Notes under the pieces: generated by a model | Database searches by the model: none | What the model saw: the letters and a program-made list of their open reading frames with translations, nothing else | Told to the model about the DNA's origin: nothing | Source: an uncultured Chloroflexia bacterium | Lineage (GTDB): Bacteria > Chloroflexota > Chloroflexia > Thermomicrobiales > UBA6265 | Direction: 5' to 3' | DNA length: 64,000 bases | Assembly: GCA_963741965.1 (NCBI GenBank) | Contig: CAVUKC010000002.1 | Span: forward strand, 1,513,869 to 1,577,868 | Translations under genes and position numbers: made by a program | Shown here: positions 10,058 to 19,729 of the stretch, piece by piece | How positions within the stretch are numbered: position 1 is the stretch's first letter | Layout of the letters: every line of letters begins with the position of its first letter

Positions 10058-12874
10058 TCAGTTTCCGCCCGCCACGCGCGGCAAGGACAGCGTGAACACT
10101 GCTCCGCCACCCTCGGCATCATCGACGCTGAGCTCGCCGCCGTGCGCCAGCGCGAGCCGCGCGCTGATGTACAGCCCGATACCGAGCCCGCGCTGCTGCA
10201 CCGCCAGCCCGTCTTCAGTCTCCTCGCCATCGTCAAAGCGGTAGTAGAGCTTGAACAGCCGGCGTCTCAGCCGGGGCGGCACACCCGGGCCATGATCCCG
10301 AACCGAGATGGTCACATGATCGTCATCGGCTTCCCGCACCGACACCTCGATATCGCCATCGGGCGCGTACCGCACCGCGTTGGTCAACAGGTTCACCATG
10401 ACCTGCAGCACCCGCACGCTGTCCCATCGGACCGGCAGCGCATCCGGCGCATCGAGCGTCACGCGGCGCCCATCGATCTGGCTCTCGATATCGGCGATCG
10501 CGCTCCTGGCCAACCGGACGGCATCCGTATCGCCAACGTCTATCGTGAGCTTGCCGAGGTCGGCCCGCGAGACATCGAGCATCCGGCTCACCAGATCCCC
10601 GATCCTGTCGACCTGCTGAATCACGCCCGAGACCCGCGACATCTCCCCCTCCGCCTCGGGCGTCTCCATGCGCTTGAGGCGGCGCTCCAGCATTTGCAGG
10701 TTGCCGCGCAGCGAGGTGAGTGGGTTGCGCAGCTCGTGCGCGACCACGGAGATGAACTCGTCCTTGGCCTGATCGATCGGCTTGAAGTGCTCCCGCGGCT
10801 GCAGCACCGCCACGGCGCCCCGGAGATCTCCGGCGCGGCTCATCACCGGCGCCAGATTCGCGAGTACGTCGACCAGCTGCCCCTGAACGTCCCGGGTGAT
10901 GAGCGGCACGCCGAACTCGGTGCGGCGCGTCCGCAGCGGTCGAAGGAACGGATGGCGCTCCGACGGGATGGATCGGCCCTGGTCGTCAAGCATGGCGATA
11001 TCGCTGACATGCTGACCGAGCCACTCCGCGCTCGGGCCCCACAGCGCCTGCGCCTCGCGGTTCATCGCGGCGATGTGGCCATCGGGCTCGTCGAGGATGA
11101 CGACCGCCTGGGGAAGTTGGTCCAGTGTCGTCAGCAGGCGCCGGCGCGACGCCTCCAGCTCGATGACGACGTTGCGCAGCTGCACCGCATGGCCGCACTG
11201 GCGACCGACGGCACGCGCAAGCTCGGGATCGACACGTCGGAGACTCTCGACGTCGGTGTAGTGGACCGCGAGCACGCCGAGGGCATCGTCGCCGTCAACC
11301 AGCGGGATCAGCAGCGCGGCGCGCGCCCCGCCGTTCTGAAGGATCTCCCGCCCCCCAGGACCGGCCTCCTCATCGGTGACGTACATCAGGTCCCGCTGCG
11401 CCATCGTGAGCAGCACGCTGGGAAAGCTGAGTCGGTTCATCACTCGCCCAACGTATCCCTCGGTCATGTTGTGGGTGGCGCGGATCACCATGTGATTGGA
11501 CGCGGCGGGGGTCATCACGAGGCTGAAGTCCGCGCTCAGCACCTCCGCCGCCCCCGACGCGACGATGTCGAAGATGTCGTCTGCGTCCCGGCGCTGGGCA
11601 ATCTCGTTTGAGAGCCTGGCCAGCAGCTCGACACGGCGGCGCGCCTCCGCAAGCATCGCGAGCGGCGACTTCTCGCCCGCCTTCGCAACCTCGAACTCCG
11701 CCGAGACATCCTGTGCGGTCAGCACGGCGCCGGACTGGTTCCCGTCCTCGTCGAAGGTCGGCCGTGCCGACAGCGAGAACACGCGCGACGTGTCGAGCGC
11801 GTCCGGCACCAGGGTGCGGATGTCGTCGACCCGCTCTCCCCTGAGCGCGCGCGTGAGCGGGTGATCCTCCAGCCGCACCTCGACGCCATCGAGCGTCTCC
11901 CGACGATACTCGCGCACAAAATGCGAAAAGTGGCGCCCAACGAACCGGGACTGCGCGGTTTCGCCCCATGTCGACGTGAACTCACGATTGACGTAAACCA
12001 TCATCCCGTGGATATCCACGGCCACCAGCTGGATCGGCAGGTCGTCGAACACGGAGACGGTCGTCAGCAGCCGCTGTCGACTCGTCATCTGCCGCATCTC
12101 GATATGCTCAATGGCAAACGCGGCCTGAGCCGCCAGCCGCTGGGCGAACGCGCGATCGCTGCCGCTGAGCGGGTCGACAGCGTCGCCGGAGACGGTCACC
12201 GCACATCCGGCGCAGCGGCTGCCGGCGCGCAACGGGATGAACACGGCGTGGCCCCCATTGATCGATGGCAGCCAGTGATCGGCCTCGAGCCGCTGCAGCG
12301 CCTTGCGATCGAGCACCACCGGCGCGTCACGCTCCACCAACTGCCCAAGCAGCTCCAGAGCGCCATCCGCCAGCCGCCGCGGGATGGTGTCCTTGTCGAT
12401 ACCATGGGCGCCGTACAGCTCCGCGACTCCCCGCTGCGTGTCCATCCGCCAGATCACGGCGGTGTCCATGCGCACTGTGGTCGCCAGCCACTGCGCGAGC
12501 CAATCACCGAACTGTGCCGTCGACTCGGCGGAAGCGACTTCCAGAAGCTGTTCGCTGGCCAGCACCAGCCGGTCGGTGTAGTGGGCACCGAGATCCGGCT
12601 CGGACAGCACGGGCCGCGCGGGCAGCGCCTCGGTGCCCGGCTCGGGCCGACGATACTTGCGAGGGGCGCGCTCGCGCATCGGGCGCCACTCCCGCAGGTC
12701 ACGCTCCGAGATCAGCGCCATCCGACCGAGCCGCTGCGCCGACAGGCGCCCGCTGCGCACGGCGCGTGACACGGTATGGTAGGAGACCCCCTTGATCCGG
12801 GCGGCCTCGGACATCGTGTACCGTGTACCGCTGCTTGCAGCGGAACCGTCCCGCGAATCCATGCTGTCCTGCAT
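10058..12874 (-). CDS. Multidomain sensor histidine kinase with N-terminal excisionase/MerR-type HTH, GAF and PAS domains
   Basis: N-terminal YTMSEAARIKGVSYHTVSRAVRSGRLSAQRLGRMALISERDLREW is an HTH. Alternating GAF/PAS-like regions follow. The HisKA H-box is FISVVAHELRNPLTSL, and the C-terminal HATPase has GLGIGLYISARLALAHGGEL. ATG 12874 has AGGAG upstream; the table start 12940 is possible. Confidence 0.85.
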   Translation of the reverse strand: MQDSMDSRDGSAASSGTRYTMSEAARIKGVSYHTVSRAVRSGRLSAQRLGRMALISERDLREWRPMRERAPRKYRRPEPGTEALPARPVLSEPDLGAHYTDRLVLASEQLLEVASAESTAQFGDWLAQWLATTVRMDTAVIWRMDTQRGVAELYGAHGIDKDTIPRRLADGALELLGQLVERDAPVVLDRKALQRLEADHWLPSINGGHAVFIPLRAGSRCAGCAVTVSGDAVDPLSGSDRAFAQRLAAQAAFAIEHIEMRQMTSRQRLLTTVSVFDDLPIQLVAVDIHGMMVYVNREFTSTWGETAQSRFVGRHFSHFVREYRRETLDGVEVRLEDHPLTRALRGERVDDIRTLVPDALDTSRVFSLSARPTFDEDGNQSGAVLTAQDVSAEFEVAKAGEKSPLAMLAEARRRVELLARLSNEIAQRRDADDIFDIVASGAAEVLSADFSLVMTPAASNHMVIRATHNMTEGYVGRVMNRLSFPSVLLTMAQRDLMYVTDEEAGPGGREILQNGGARAALLIPLVDGDDALGVLAVHYTDVESLRRVDPELARAVGRQCGHAVQLRNVVIELEASRRRLLTTLDQLPQAVVILDEPDGHIAAMNREAQALWGPSAEWLGQHVSDIAMLDDQGRSIPSERHPFLRPLRTRRTEFGVPLITRDVQGQLVDVLANLAPVMSRAGDLRGAVAVLQPREHFKPIDQAKDEFISVVAHELRNPLTSLRGNLQMLERRLKRMETPEAEGEMSRVSGVIQQVDRIGDLVSRMLDVSRADLGKLTIDVGDTDAVRLARSAIADIESQIDGRRVTLDAPDALPVRWDSVRVLQVMVNLLTNAVRYAPDGDIEVSVREADDDHVTISVRDHGPGVPPRLRRRLFKLYYRFDDGEETEDGLAVQQRGLGIGLYISARLALAHGGELSVDDAEGGGAVFTLSLPRVAGGN

Positions 12875-13054
12875 CGCTGGAGTAACTCCTGCCTCATCGC
12901 AGTGTCTGCTGGCCCTGACGACGAGCAGCCGATACGGCACACCGTTTATCGCTTGACGACAGACGCGTACTCATATGGCGAGGATACCGTATCTGCGCGA
13001 ATATGTGGATACATAGCTCGCCGGGACATGGCCCCGCAAGGGAAAAGTGCAGAG

Positions 13055-13549
13055 TCAGGCGCGCTCGCGTATGGCGCGGTCCTTGGCCCGGACGGTGTCG
13101 CCCATCTGCTGCTGATACCGCTCCATGCGTTGTCGAATCTCGGGGTCGGCTGCCCCGAGGATGCGGATCGCCAGCAAGCCGGCATTCTTCGCGTTGCCGA
13201 TCGCCACCGTGGCGACGGGCACGCCACCCGGCATCTGCGCAATCGACAGCAACGCGTCGACACCGGCGAGCGGGGTCGCGACAACCGGCACGCCGACCAC
13301 CGGCAGCGGCGTCGCGGAAGCGATCATGCCCGGCAGGTGGGCAGCGCCACCGGCTCCCGCGATGATCACGCGGACACCGCGGTCCGCGGCCTCGCGGGCA
13401 TAGGCGAACATCTCGTCCGGCGTGCGGTGCGCGCTGAGTATCCGCACCTCACATGGCACACCGAACTCCTCGAGCACCTCGACCGCCGCCTGCATCGTCG
13501 GCAAATCCGAGTCGCTGCCCATCACGACGCCAACCACAGCCTGGTCCAT
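13055..13549 (-). CDS. purE: N5-carboxyaminoimidazole ribonucleotide mutase
   Basis: [60 protein letters not shown]. 164 aa from ATG 13549, inside table ORF 13055..14098. There is a 1-nt overlap with the purK stop. Confidence 0.95.
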   Translation of the reverse strand: MDQAVVGVVMGSDSDLPTMQAAVEVLEEFGVPCEVRILSAHRTPDEMFAYAREAADRGVRVIIAGAGGAAHLPGMIASATPLPVVGVPVVATPLAGVDALLSIAQMPGGVPVATVAIGNAKNAGLLAIRILGAADPEIRQRMERYQQQMGDTVRAKDRAIRERA

Positions 13550-14694
13550 CACGCCTCCCCTGCCTCTCCGTGCATCAGAACCGACCAGACGGCATTCGCC
13601 GCGCGCTCCGCCTCGGCGAGCGTGCCGGCGCGAGCCGTAACGTGGCCGATCTTTCGGCCGGGACGCGCGTCCTTTCCGTACCAGTGGATGTGCGCGTCGG
13701 CGGCGCGCAGCGCGGCCGGGATGCGGCGGAATGGATCGCCGCCATCCTCCGGTCCCAGCAGGTTTCGTGTCATCACGCCGCCGGCAATGAGGTCGGTCGT
13801 TCCCAGCGGCCAGTTCAGCACCGCACGGAGGTGCTGCTCGAACTGCGACACCTCCGCACCCTCGATCGTCCAGTGGCCGGAGTTGTGGGGTCGTGGCGCG
13901 AGCTCGTTGATCAGCACCTGCCCGTCGACGACGAAGAATTCGATCGCAAGAATGCCGGTCGAACCGATTCGCTCGGCGATCTTCACGGCGATCGCCTCCG
14001 CGGCGTGGGATACCTCTGGCCCGAACCGCGCCGGCACGTGCAGCTCGTGGCAGATTCCGTCCCGCTGCACCGTCTCTGTCGCGGGGAATACCTGGCACGC
14101 TCCGTCCGGGTTGCGGGCCACCAGCACCGCCAACTCGCCCTGGAGCTGTTGATGCGCCTCCACGAGCAGCTCGACGCCACTCGGCGCCGTCTCCTCGACC
14201 AGGGACGCGGCGGCGGCGCGGTCCTCCACCACCCAGACACCGCGGCCGTCATAGCCACCCTGGGCGGATTTCACCACCACCGGCCAGCCGTGTGCCGTGC
14301 CGAATCGCTCGAGATCATCGAGGTTCTCCACCGGCGACCATGCTGGCGCAGGCAACCCCGCATCGCTCATCGTCTGCCGCTGGAGACGCTTGTTCTGGGC
14401 CAGCCGCATCACCGTCGGGGATGGGCACACCCGGTGCCCCTCAGCCTCGAGCGCCTCCAGCAGATCAGCGTCGACCAGCTCGTGGTCGAAGGTGACCACA
14501 TCCACGCGACTCGCCAGCTCGCGGATACGATCCGGATCATCCGGCGCGCCAACGATAACGTTCGGGACGACTTTCGCCGCGCCATCCTCCGCCGATGCGG
14601 CGAGCAGCGTCACCTCGATCCCGAGCGGAATGGCGGCCTGCGCCATCATGCGCGCAAGCTGTCCCGCTCCTACAATCCCCACACGGTAGTGCAA
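13549..14694 (-). CDS. purK: N5-carboxyaminoimidazole ribonucleotide synthase (ATP-grasp)
   Basis: [28 protein letters not shown] plus an ATP-grasp core. It lies immediately upstream of purE. Confidence 0.92.
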   Translation of the reverse strand: MHYRVGIVGAGQLARMMAQAAIPLGIEVTLLAASAEDGAAKVVPNVIVGAPDDPDRIRELASRVDVVTFDHELVDADLLEALEAEGHRVCPSPTVMRLAQNKRLQRQTMSDAGLPAPAWSPVENLDDLERFGTAHGWPVVVKSAQGGYDGRGVWVVEDRAAAASLVEETAPSGVELLVEAHQQLQGELAVLVARNPDGACQVFPATETVQRDGICHELHVPARFGPEVSHAAEAIAVKIAERIGSTGILAIEFFVVDGQVLINELAPRPHNSGHWTIEGAEVSQFEQHLRAVLNWPLGTTDLIAGGVMTRNLLGPEDGGDPFRRIPAALRAADAHIHWYGKDARPGRKIGHVTARAGTLAEAERAANAVWSVLMHGEAGEA

Positions 14695-14727
14695 GATGAA
14701 CTGTCCTTGTCGATTTCTGACGGGAGA

Positions 14728-14961
14728 TCAGGCCTTCTCGGCGAGCGCATTGGGGTCGCCAACCTTGGCGCGGAAGCGGGCGCGGAATTGCTCCTTCGCC
14801 TCGACTTCGGCCGCCTCGCCCGAGAGCTTCGCTTCCTGCAACGTGGAACGCACGTCGGCCTGGAACTGCTCACCGCTCTGGGGCGCGAGCACCGCACTGA
14901 CAGCAGCGCCCACGGCCGCGCCGAGCGCGCCGCCAACCACGAATGACACCAGCTTGTTCAT
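14728..14961 (-). CDS. YtxH-like small membrane/stress protein
   Basis: MNKLVSFVVGGALGAAVGAAVSAVLAPQSGEQ followed by a charged helical tail. ATG 14961 has AGGAG 9 nt upstream. Confidence 0.6.
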   Translation of the reverse strand: MNKLVSFVVGGALGAAVGAAVSAVLAPQSGEQFQADVRSTLQEAKLSGEAAEVEAKEQFRARFRAKVGDPNALAEKA

Positions 14962-14990
14962 CGATCCACTCTCCTTCATGCGCTGCCGGG

Positions 14991-15596
14991 CTAGAGAACC
15001 CGGCGCAGCAGTCCCTTGACGATCAACAGCGCCGCGGCGATCCCCGCGCCAAGCGCGAACGCCGAGGTTGCATCGAACGCGACCTGAACATCGCCCTCGG
15101 CGCTGACATCTCCGGCGATCAGGAAGGTGGCGCGGACATCTCCCGCCGCCTTCACCTCCCCGGCGGTCAGCATCCCGGCGGAGACATCCTGCTCGGCGAC
15201 GATGCGCTCCGCGGTCGCGATACCGATGCGGCTCCGCGCCGCGCGCAGCTCCTTCGCGGTCGCGACGATCGCCGATGACCCCTGAAGCACCATGCGTTCC
15301 GCCGATGCGGTGATCGCGCCCGAGTTCTCCAGCTGCGCGGATCGCGCCGAGAGCGTCCTGGCGCCGGATGAGGTCATCGTCACCCGCTCGCCCTCAACAC
15401 GCTCTGCACCCGAGCGCTCCATCGTCACGACCTCGGCGTTGACATCGCCGGCGTCACGGCGGAGCAGCTCGGTGGCCTCACGGGCGTGGCGCTCGGGGCC
15501 GTCCTTGTAGACGGTGACGGGGATGTCGTCGGAGACGGTCGAGAACTGACCGTCCTGCTCCTCCGTCACGGAGCCGTTCGACTGTTCGGATGCCAT
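14991..15596 (-). CDS. Hypothetical protein with ~15-residue degenerate repeats and a C-terminal TM anchor
   Basis: MASEQSNG.. is followed by the repeated pattern ..SGA..(ERSGAERV, TSSGARTL, ENSGAITA, QGSSAIVA, DVSAGML, AAGDVRA, AEGDVQV) and ends in AFALGAGIAAALLIVKGLLRRVL. GGAGG RBS lies before ATG 15596. A beta-helix (bactofilin-like) fold is only an inference. Confidence 0.5.
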   Translation of the reverse strand: MASEQSNGSVTEEQDGQFSTVSDDIPVTVYKDGPERHAREATELLRRDAGDVNAEVVTMERSGAERVEGERVTMTSSGARTLSARSAQLENSGAITASAERMVLQGSSAIVATAKELRAARSRIGIATAERIVAEQDVSAGMLTAGEVKAAGDVRATFLIAGDVSAEGDVQVAFDATSAFALGAGIAAALLIVKGLLRRVL

Positions 15597-15807
15597 CACT
15601 TGCCTCCAGGGATGCCGGCGCCACGGAAGCGCGCTCTGCCGCGCCACGAGGGACGGCGCTCAGCCATCGATCTCTGACGCGAAAAGTGTACCAGTCATGC
15701 GGCACATCACCGGCCCATTCGCGCCGCTGCGCCGGGCGCGAGTATCCTCTACGGGACACAGGCAGCGGCCCCGCCAGCCGCCCACCACATCGAAAGGAAC
15801 CACGGTC

Positions 15808-16533
15808 GTGCCGCATTTCCACCCCGCCCTTCCCGATCACCGGCCATTCGTCATCGCGCACCGCGCCGGCAACCACCTGCCAAAGCTGGAACGCGCCATC
15901 CGGCGGGGCGCCGACATGATCGAGGCGGACGTCTGGCGTTACCGCAACAGGCTCGAGGTGCGGCATCTCAAGACGCTCGGCCCCCTGCCGATCCTCTGGG
16001 ATCGCTGGGAGCTCGCGCCGGGGTGGACACCGCGCCTGCACCTGCGCGAGCTGCTCGGGGAAACACCAGTCGACATGCCGGTGATGTTCGACCTCAAGGG
16101 CGAGGATCCCAATCTCGCGCCCAGCATCATCTCGACGATGCGCGAGGACTTCCCGGAGCACCCGATCATCATGTGCACGCGCTTCTGGATTCACCTCGAC
16201 CGCCTGGGGGATGCGCCGGACGTGCATCGCATCTACTCGGTCGGGGACGAGAAGGAGCGCGCGGCGATCTTCTCGCGCATCGAACAGCTGCCCTACCCCG
16301 CCGTGTCGATCCATCGCAACCTGGTGACACCGGCGCTGATGAAGCGCTTCGACGAGATAGGCGCGACGGTGCTGTCATGGGGAGCGACCACACGCGCCGA
16401 GGCCGACCTCCTGATCAGCCTCGGCGTGGACGGGCTCACCGTCAGCGAGGGCCCCCTGCAGCACTGGCTGCTGGCGGAGCGCCAGGGTCGCAACGGCGTG
16501 GTCGCCAACCCGGAAGCAGCGTCGCAGTCGTGA
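15808..16533 (+). CDS. Glycerophosphodiester phosphodiesterase family protein
   Basis: HRPFVIAHRAGNHLPKLERAIRRGADMIEADVW is a GDPD signature. GTG 15808 is preceded by AAAGGAA; the table start 15697 is less likely. Confidence 0.7.
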   Translation: MPHFHPALPDHRPFVIAHRAGNHLPKLERAIRRGADMIEADVWRYRNRLEVRHLKTLGPLPILWDRWELAPGWTPRLHLRELLGETPVDMPVMFDLKGEDPNLAPSIISTMREDFPEHPIIMCTRFWIHLDRLGDAPDVHRIYSVGDEKERAAIFSRIEQLPYPAVSIHRNLVTPALMKRFDEIGATVLSWGATTRAEADLLISLGVDGLTVSEGPLQHWLLAERQGRNGVVANPEAASQS

Positions 16534-16537
16534 CCTT

Positions 16538-17632
16538 CTAGCGAAGCTGGGATCCCACGCGCAGCAGGTCCCCGACCATTCCGGCGGCGGTGACTGCCGC
16601 ACCGGCGCCCGGCCCGGACACGACCGTGGGGTACTGGTTGTAGCGCATCGTGCGGAACGAAACGACGTTCTCCGGCCCGTTGAGCGCGCCAAGCACGGTG
16701 TTTCCCGGCACGGTGCGCAGCCCGACCGAGATCTGGCCGTCCGCGCCCACCGTGGCGACGTACTTGAGCGTGCCGCCGTCCGCGACTGCTTCCCCGGCGA
16801 CGTTGCCGATCTCATCGTTCATGCGCTCGATACCGGCGAGAAACTCCTCCACCGAGCCACCCGCGAGATCGTCTGGCACGAAGGAGCGGACGTCGATGCC
16901 GTCGAGGTTGACTTCGTGCCCCGCGGAGCGCGCCAGAATCAACGCCTTCCGTGCGACATCGAGGCCGCTGAGGTCATCGCGCGGATCCGGCTCGGTATAC
17001 CCCGCGTCCCTGGCGATCCGCACGGCCCTGGAGAACGGCGTGCCGGAAGCAACATCGGAGAAGATGGCGCCGAACGTGCCGGACAACATGCCCTGCATCT
17101 CGATCACGGTGTCACCGGTGTCGAGCAGTGTCTGCAGCGTGGAGATCACCGGCAGCCCGGCGCCCACGGTGGTCTCATAGCGCAGGCGGCCGTTCGAGCG
17201 CGCCTCACGCCACAGCAGCCGGCTTCTTGGGTCGGACATCGGCAACGCCAACGGCGCCTTGTTGGAGAGCACCACACCGGCGCCCTGGTCCAGCGCCATC
17301 GCGTCGTACGTGGCAGTGTCCGGGCCGGCGGCGGCGTCCAGCACCACGGCGTGGGCATGCGCGGTGGCCTGGTGAATCACCGCGTCCCACGGGGTCAGGC
17401 GGCCGGCCGGGGTGGTGCCATCGCGACGCTCGCGGATGCGGTCCAGGCAGTCGTCGTCGGAGATGCCGTGCTCGACATCGACCGTGACTGCTCCCTTGCG
17501 CCCGCCGATCGCCACCACCGTGACATCAAGGGCGAGGCGCTCGCGCCACCGCGCGCGGTTCTCCACGATCTGCTCCAGCACCGCGCCGCCGACTGTCCCA
17601 TAGCCTATCTGTACGACCCGAAGGTGTTTCAT
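16538..17632 (-). CDS. hom: Homoserine dehydrogenase (ThrA C-terminal-domain type)
   Basis: The N-terminus is IGYGTVGGAV. The catalytic region is GAGLPVISTLQTLLDTGDTVIEMQGMLSGTFGAIF ... GYTEPDPRDDLSGLDVARKALILAR. Confidence 0.8.
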   Translation of the reverse strand: MKHLRVVQIGYGTVGGAVLEQIVENRARWRERLALDVTVVAIGGRKGAVTVDVEHGISDDDCLDRIRERRDGTTPAGRLTPWDAVIHQATAHAHAVVLDAAAGPDTATYDAMALDQGAGVVLSNKAPLALPMSDPRSRLLWREARSNGRLRYETTVGAGLPVISTLQTLLDTGDTVIEMQGMLSGTFGAIFSDVASGTPFSRAVRIARDAGYTEPDPRDDLSGLDVARKALILARSAGHEVNLDGIDVRSFVPDDLAGGSVEEFLAGIERMNDEIGNVAGEAVADGGTLKYVATVGADGQISVGLRTVPGNTVLGALNGPENVVSFRTMRYNQYPTVVSGPGAGAAVTAAGMVGDLLRVGSQLR

Positions 17633-19530
17633 TCCGAGGAGCTCTCCTGGTCTCGGCCAGGTTGCCTGGCCCGGATCTCGTCTTCAAGGTTGGCAAGTCG
17701 CTCCTGGATGCCGGTGCGCTCCAGCAGCTCGGTGCGACGAGCGCGCAGCCGCGCCGCCAGCTCTCCCAGGTCGGGCCGCTGGATCGGCTTCCGCGTGGCC
17801 ATCGGCCGCCGCTGCTCCCACCGCTCGCGCCAGTCATCGATCGTCTCCGACAGCGACTGCTGCCAGTTCTGCAGGTCGATCAGCTCATGGCTCGCCGCGG
17901 CGCGGCCCGCCGGGGTGGACTGCCCGAGCGTGCGCAGCCGGTGCTCGCGGCGGTCGAGCAGGCGGCGCTGCCCGAACGCGCCGATCTCCCGGATGGTGGC
18001 GATCGCCACGAGCCCGACCGCCGCGTTGGCGCTCTCCGGATCGACATCGGCCGCGGGTCGCGGCTCGTCAATCACCGCGTCCGCAATGCCGAGCCGCACG
18101 CACTCGTGCGCCGGCGCGATCATGCCCGCCTCGTCCAGCATTCGCCGCCGCCCGACGTGGGGAACACGACTCTCGGCGAGGGTGTTGCACATCACCGCGT
18201 TCGTCTGCATCAGCACGCGGTCCGCCTGCAGCGCGGCGAGCCCGAACGGCCCTGCCGCGACGCCGACCACAACCGACACGACCGGGACCGGCAGCAGCGA
18301 GAGCACGGAGGCAAGCTGCGCCGAAGCCTGGCCGACCGCGAACGGCTCCTGTTGCCGCAACGCCGCGGCAGGTGTGTCGACGAGGATCAGCAGCGGCAGG
18401 TCCAGGTGCCCCGCGAGACGCGCCAGACGGGTTGCCTTGCGGACGGACGAAAGCGTCGGCATCCCCGCCTTGCGGTCGAATGCAAGCACCACCAGCGACG
18501 TGTTTTGCACCCGGGCGATGCCGCCGATCACCGCGTCGTCGTCGCGCTCGAGGCGGTCGCCGCGAACAGGGATCCAGGTCGAGGAGATGCTCGCGGCGAC
18601 GTCACGCGCGGTGGGTCGCGCCTCTCGCTGGGCGGCGGCGAGTGCCTCGCGGGAAGACGGCAGCGCCGATTCCGTGCGTGGCGGGGGTGACAAGCGGGCT
18701 CCGCCGCCGCTGTCGGTGATCACATCCATGATGCGGGTGAGGAAGCCGCGCAGAGCGACCCGGCTCACCACGGAGTCGAGCAGGCCGGACGCCATCAAAT
18801 CCTCTGGCGTGGTGGGGTCGCCCGCTGCCTCGGCGGAGAGGCCGCCCCAGGCGCCGACTCTCGCGCCTGGCTCGGAGACAAGCAGGTCGCAGTGGCTTGC
18901 GAGGCTCTGGAACATCGATGCTGACGTCGGGTGCGTCACCACGCCAATCACCGGCACGCCCGAGACATGGAGCCGGGCGAAGGTCGCCGCGAGCCGATTG
19001 TGCTGCACCAGCGCGAGCGCGCCCGGGTCTACCCGGGCCGTGCCGCCGGAGATCATCAGCACCACGGGGATGCGCCGCTGCTGCGCCAGCTCGAACGCGG
19101 CGAGTGCCTTCTCTCCCGTGACGGCACCGAGCATGGGGCCGATCAGCGCGTCGTCCATCGCCACGACGACCGCCTCACGGCCACCGAAGGTCGCCGTCCC
19201 GGTCACGACCGCCTCGGCGAGGGCATCGCTGTCGACCGCGTCCCCCTGGCTCACGTCCCCGAAGCGGACGGGGTCGATGGAGATGAGCACCTGGTTCATT
19301 TCGACGAAGCTGTTCGCATCGGTGAGGAGAGCAATCCGCTCACGCGGACGCATCGGGAAGTGGCGATGGCACTTCCCACAGACACGGTGCGAGTCGAAGA
19401 GCTCGTCACCGAGCAGGTCCGCGCCACAACCGGGGCACGACAGGTCGAGGACGTCGTCCATCGTCGCGTCGGAGACGAACTCCTCCAGGGTCAGCGAGCG
19501 TGGACGATCCATTGATGCGTTGTCGGGCAT
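17629..19530 (-). CDS. Fused carboxyltransferase, AccD-like (beta) plus AccA-like (alpha) halves
   Basis: The N-terminal half has a Zn-ribbon CPGCG..(15)..CGKCHRHFPMRPRERI and ISGGTARVDPG. The C-terminal half has DDAVIGGIARV..LVVLAFDRK..LDLPLLILVDTPAA. AGGAGG lies before ATG 19530. The stop overlaps the hom start (ATGA). Confidence 0.8.
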   Translation of the reverse strand: MPDNASMDRPRSLTLEEFVSDATMDDVLDLSCPGCGADLLGDELFDSHRVCGKCHRHFPMRPRERIALLTDANSFVEMNQVLISIDPVRFGDVSQGDAVDSDALAEAVVTGTATFGGREAVVVAMDDALIGPMLGAVTGEKALAAFELAQQRRIPVVLMISGGTARVDPGALALVQHNRLAATFARLHVSGVPVIGVVTHPTSASMFQSLASHCDLLVSEPGARVGAWGGLSAEAAGDPTTPEDLMASGLLDSVVSRVALRGFLTRIMDVITDSGGGARLSPPPRTESALPSSREALAAAQREARPTARDVAASISSTWIPVRGDRLERDDDAVIGGIARVQNTSLVVLAFDRKAGMPTLSSVRKATRLARLAGHLDLPLLILVDTPAAALRQQEPFAVGQASAQLASVLSLLPVPVVSVVVGVAAGPFGLAALQADRVLMQTNAVMCNTLAESRVPHVGRRRMLDEAGMIAPAHECVRLGIADAVIDEPRPAADVDPESANAAVGLVAIATIREIGAFGQRRLLDRREHRLRTLGQSTPAGRAAASHELIDLQNWQQSLSETIDDWRERWEQRRPMATRKPIQRPDLGELAARLRARRTELLERTGIQERLANLEDEIRARQPGRDQESSSE

Positions 19531-19729
19531 GATGCGATCCTCCTGTCTCGCCGGCCGGGCGCGATCGACGGGCATTCCCGCCCATACCGCCGAAACGTGT
19601 GGGTTCATCGTATGGGGCAGGGACCCGGCGGGTCAAACCGCGATCTGGACAGCGATGCCCGCCTCGGCGATGCTGCCACCGACATTCGCCCGCAGGGCGC
19701 CACGCCAGCACACAGACAGGGGAGAGCGC

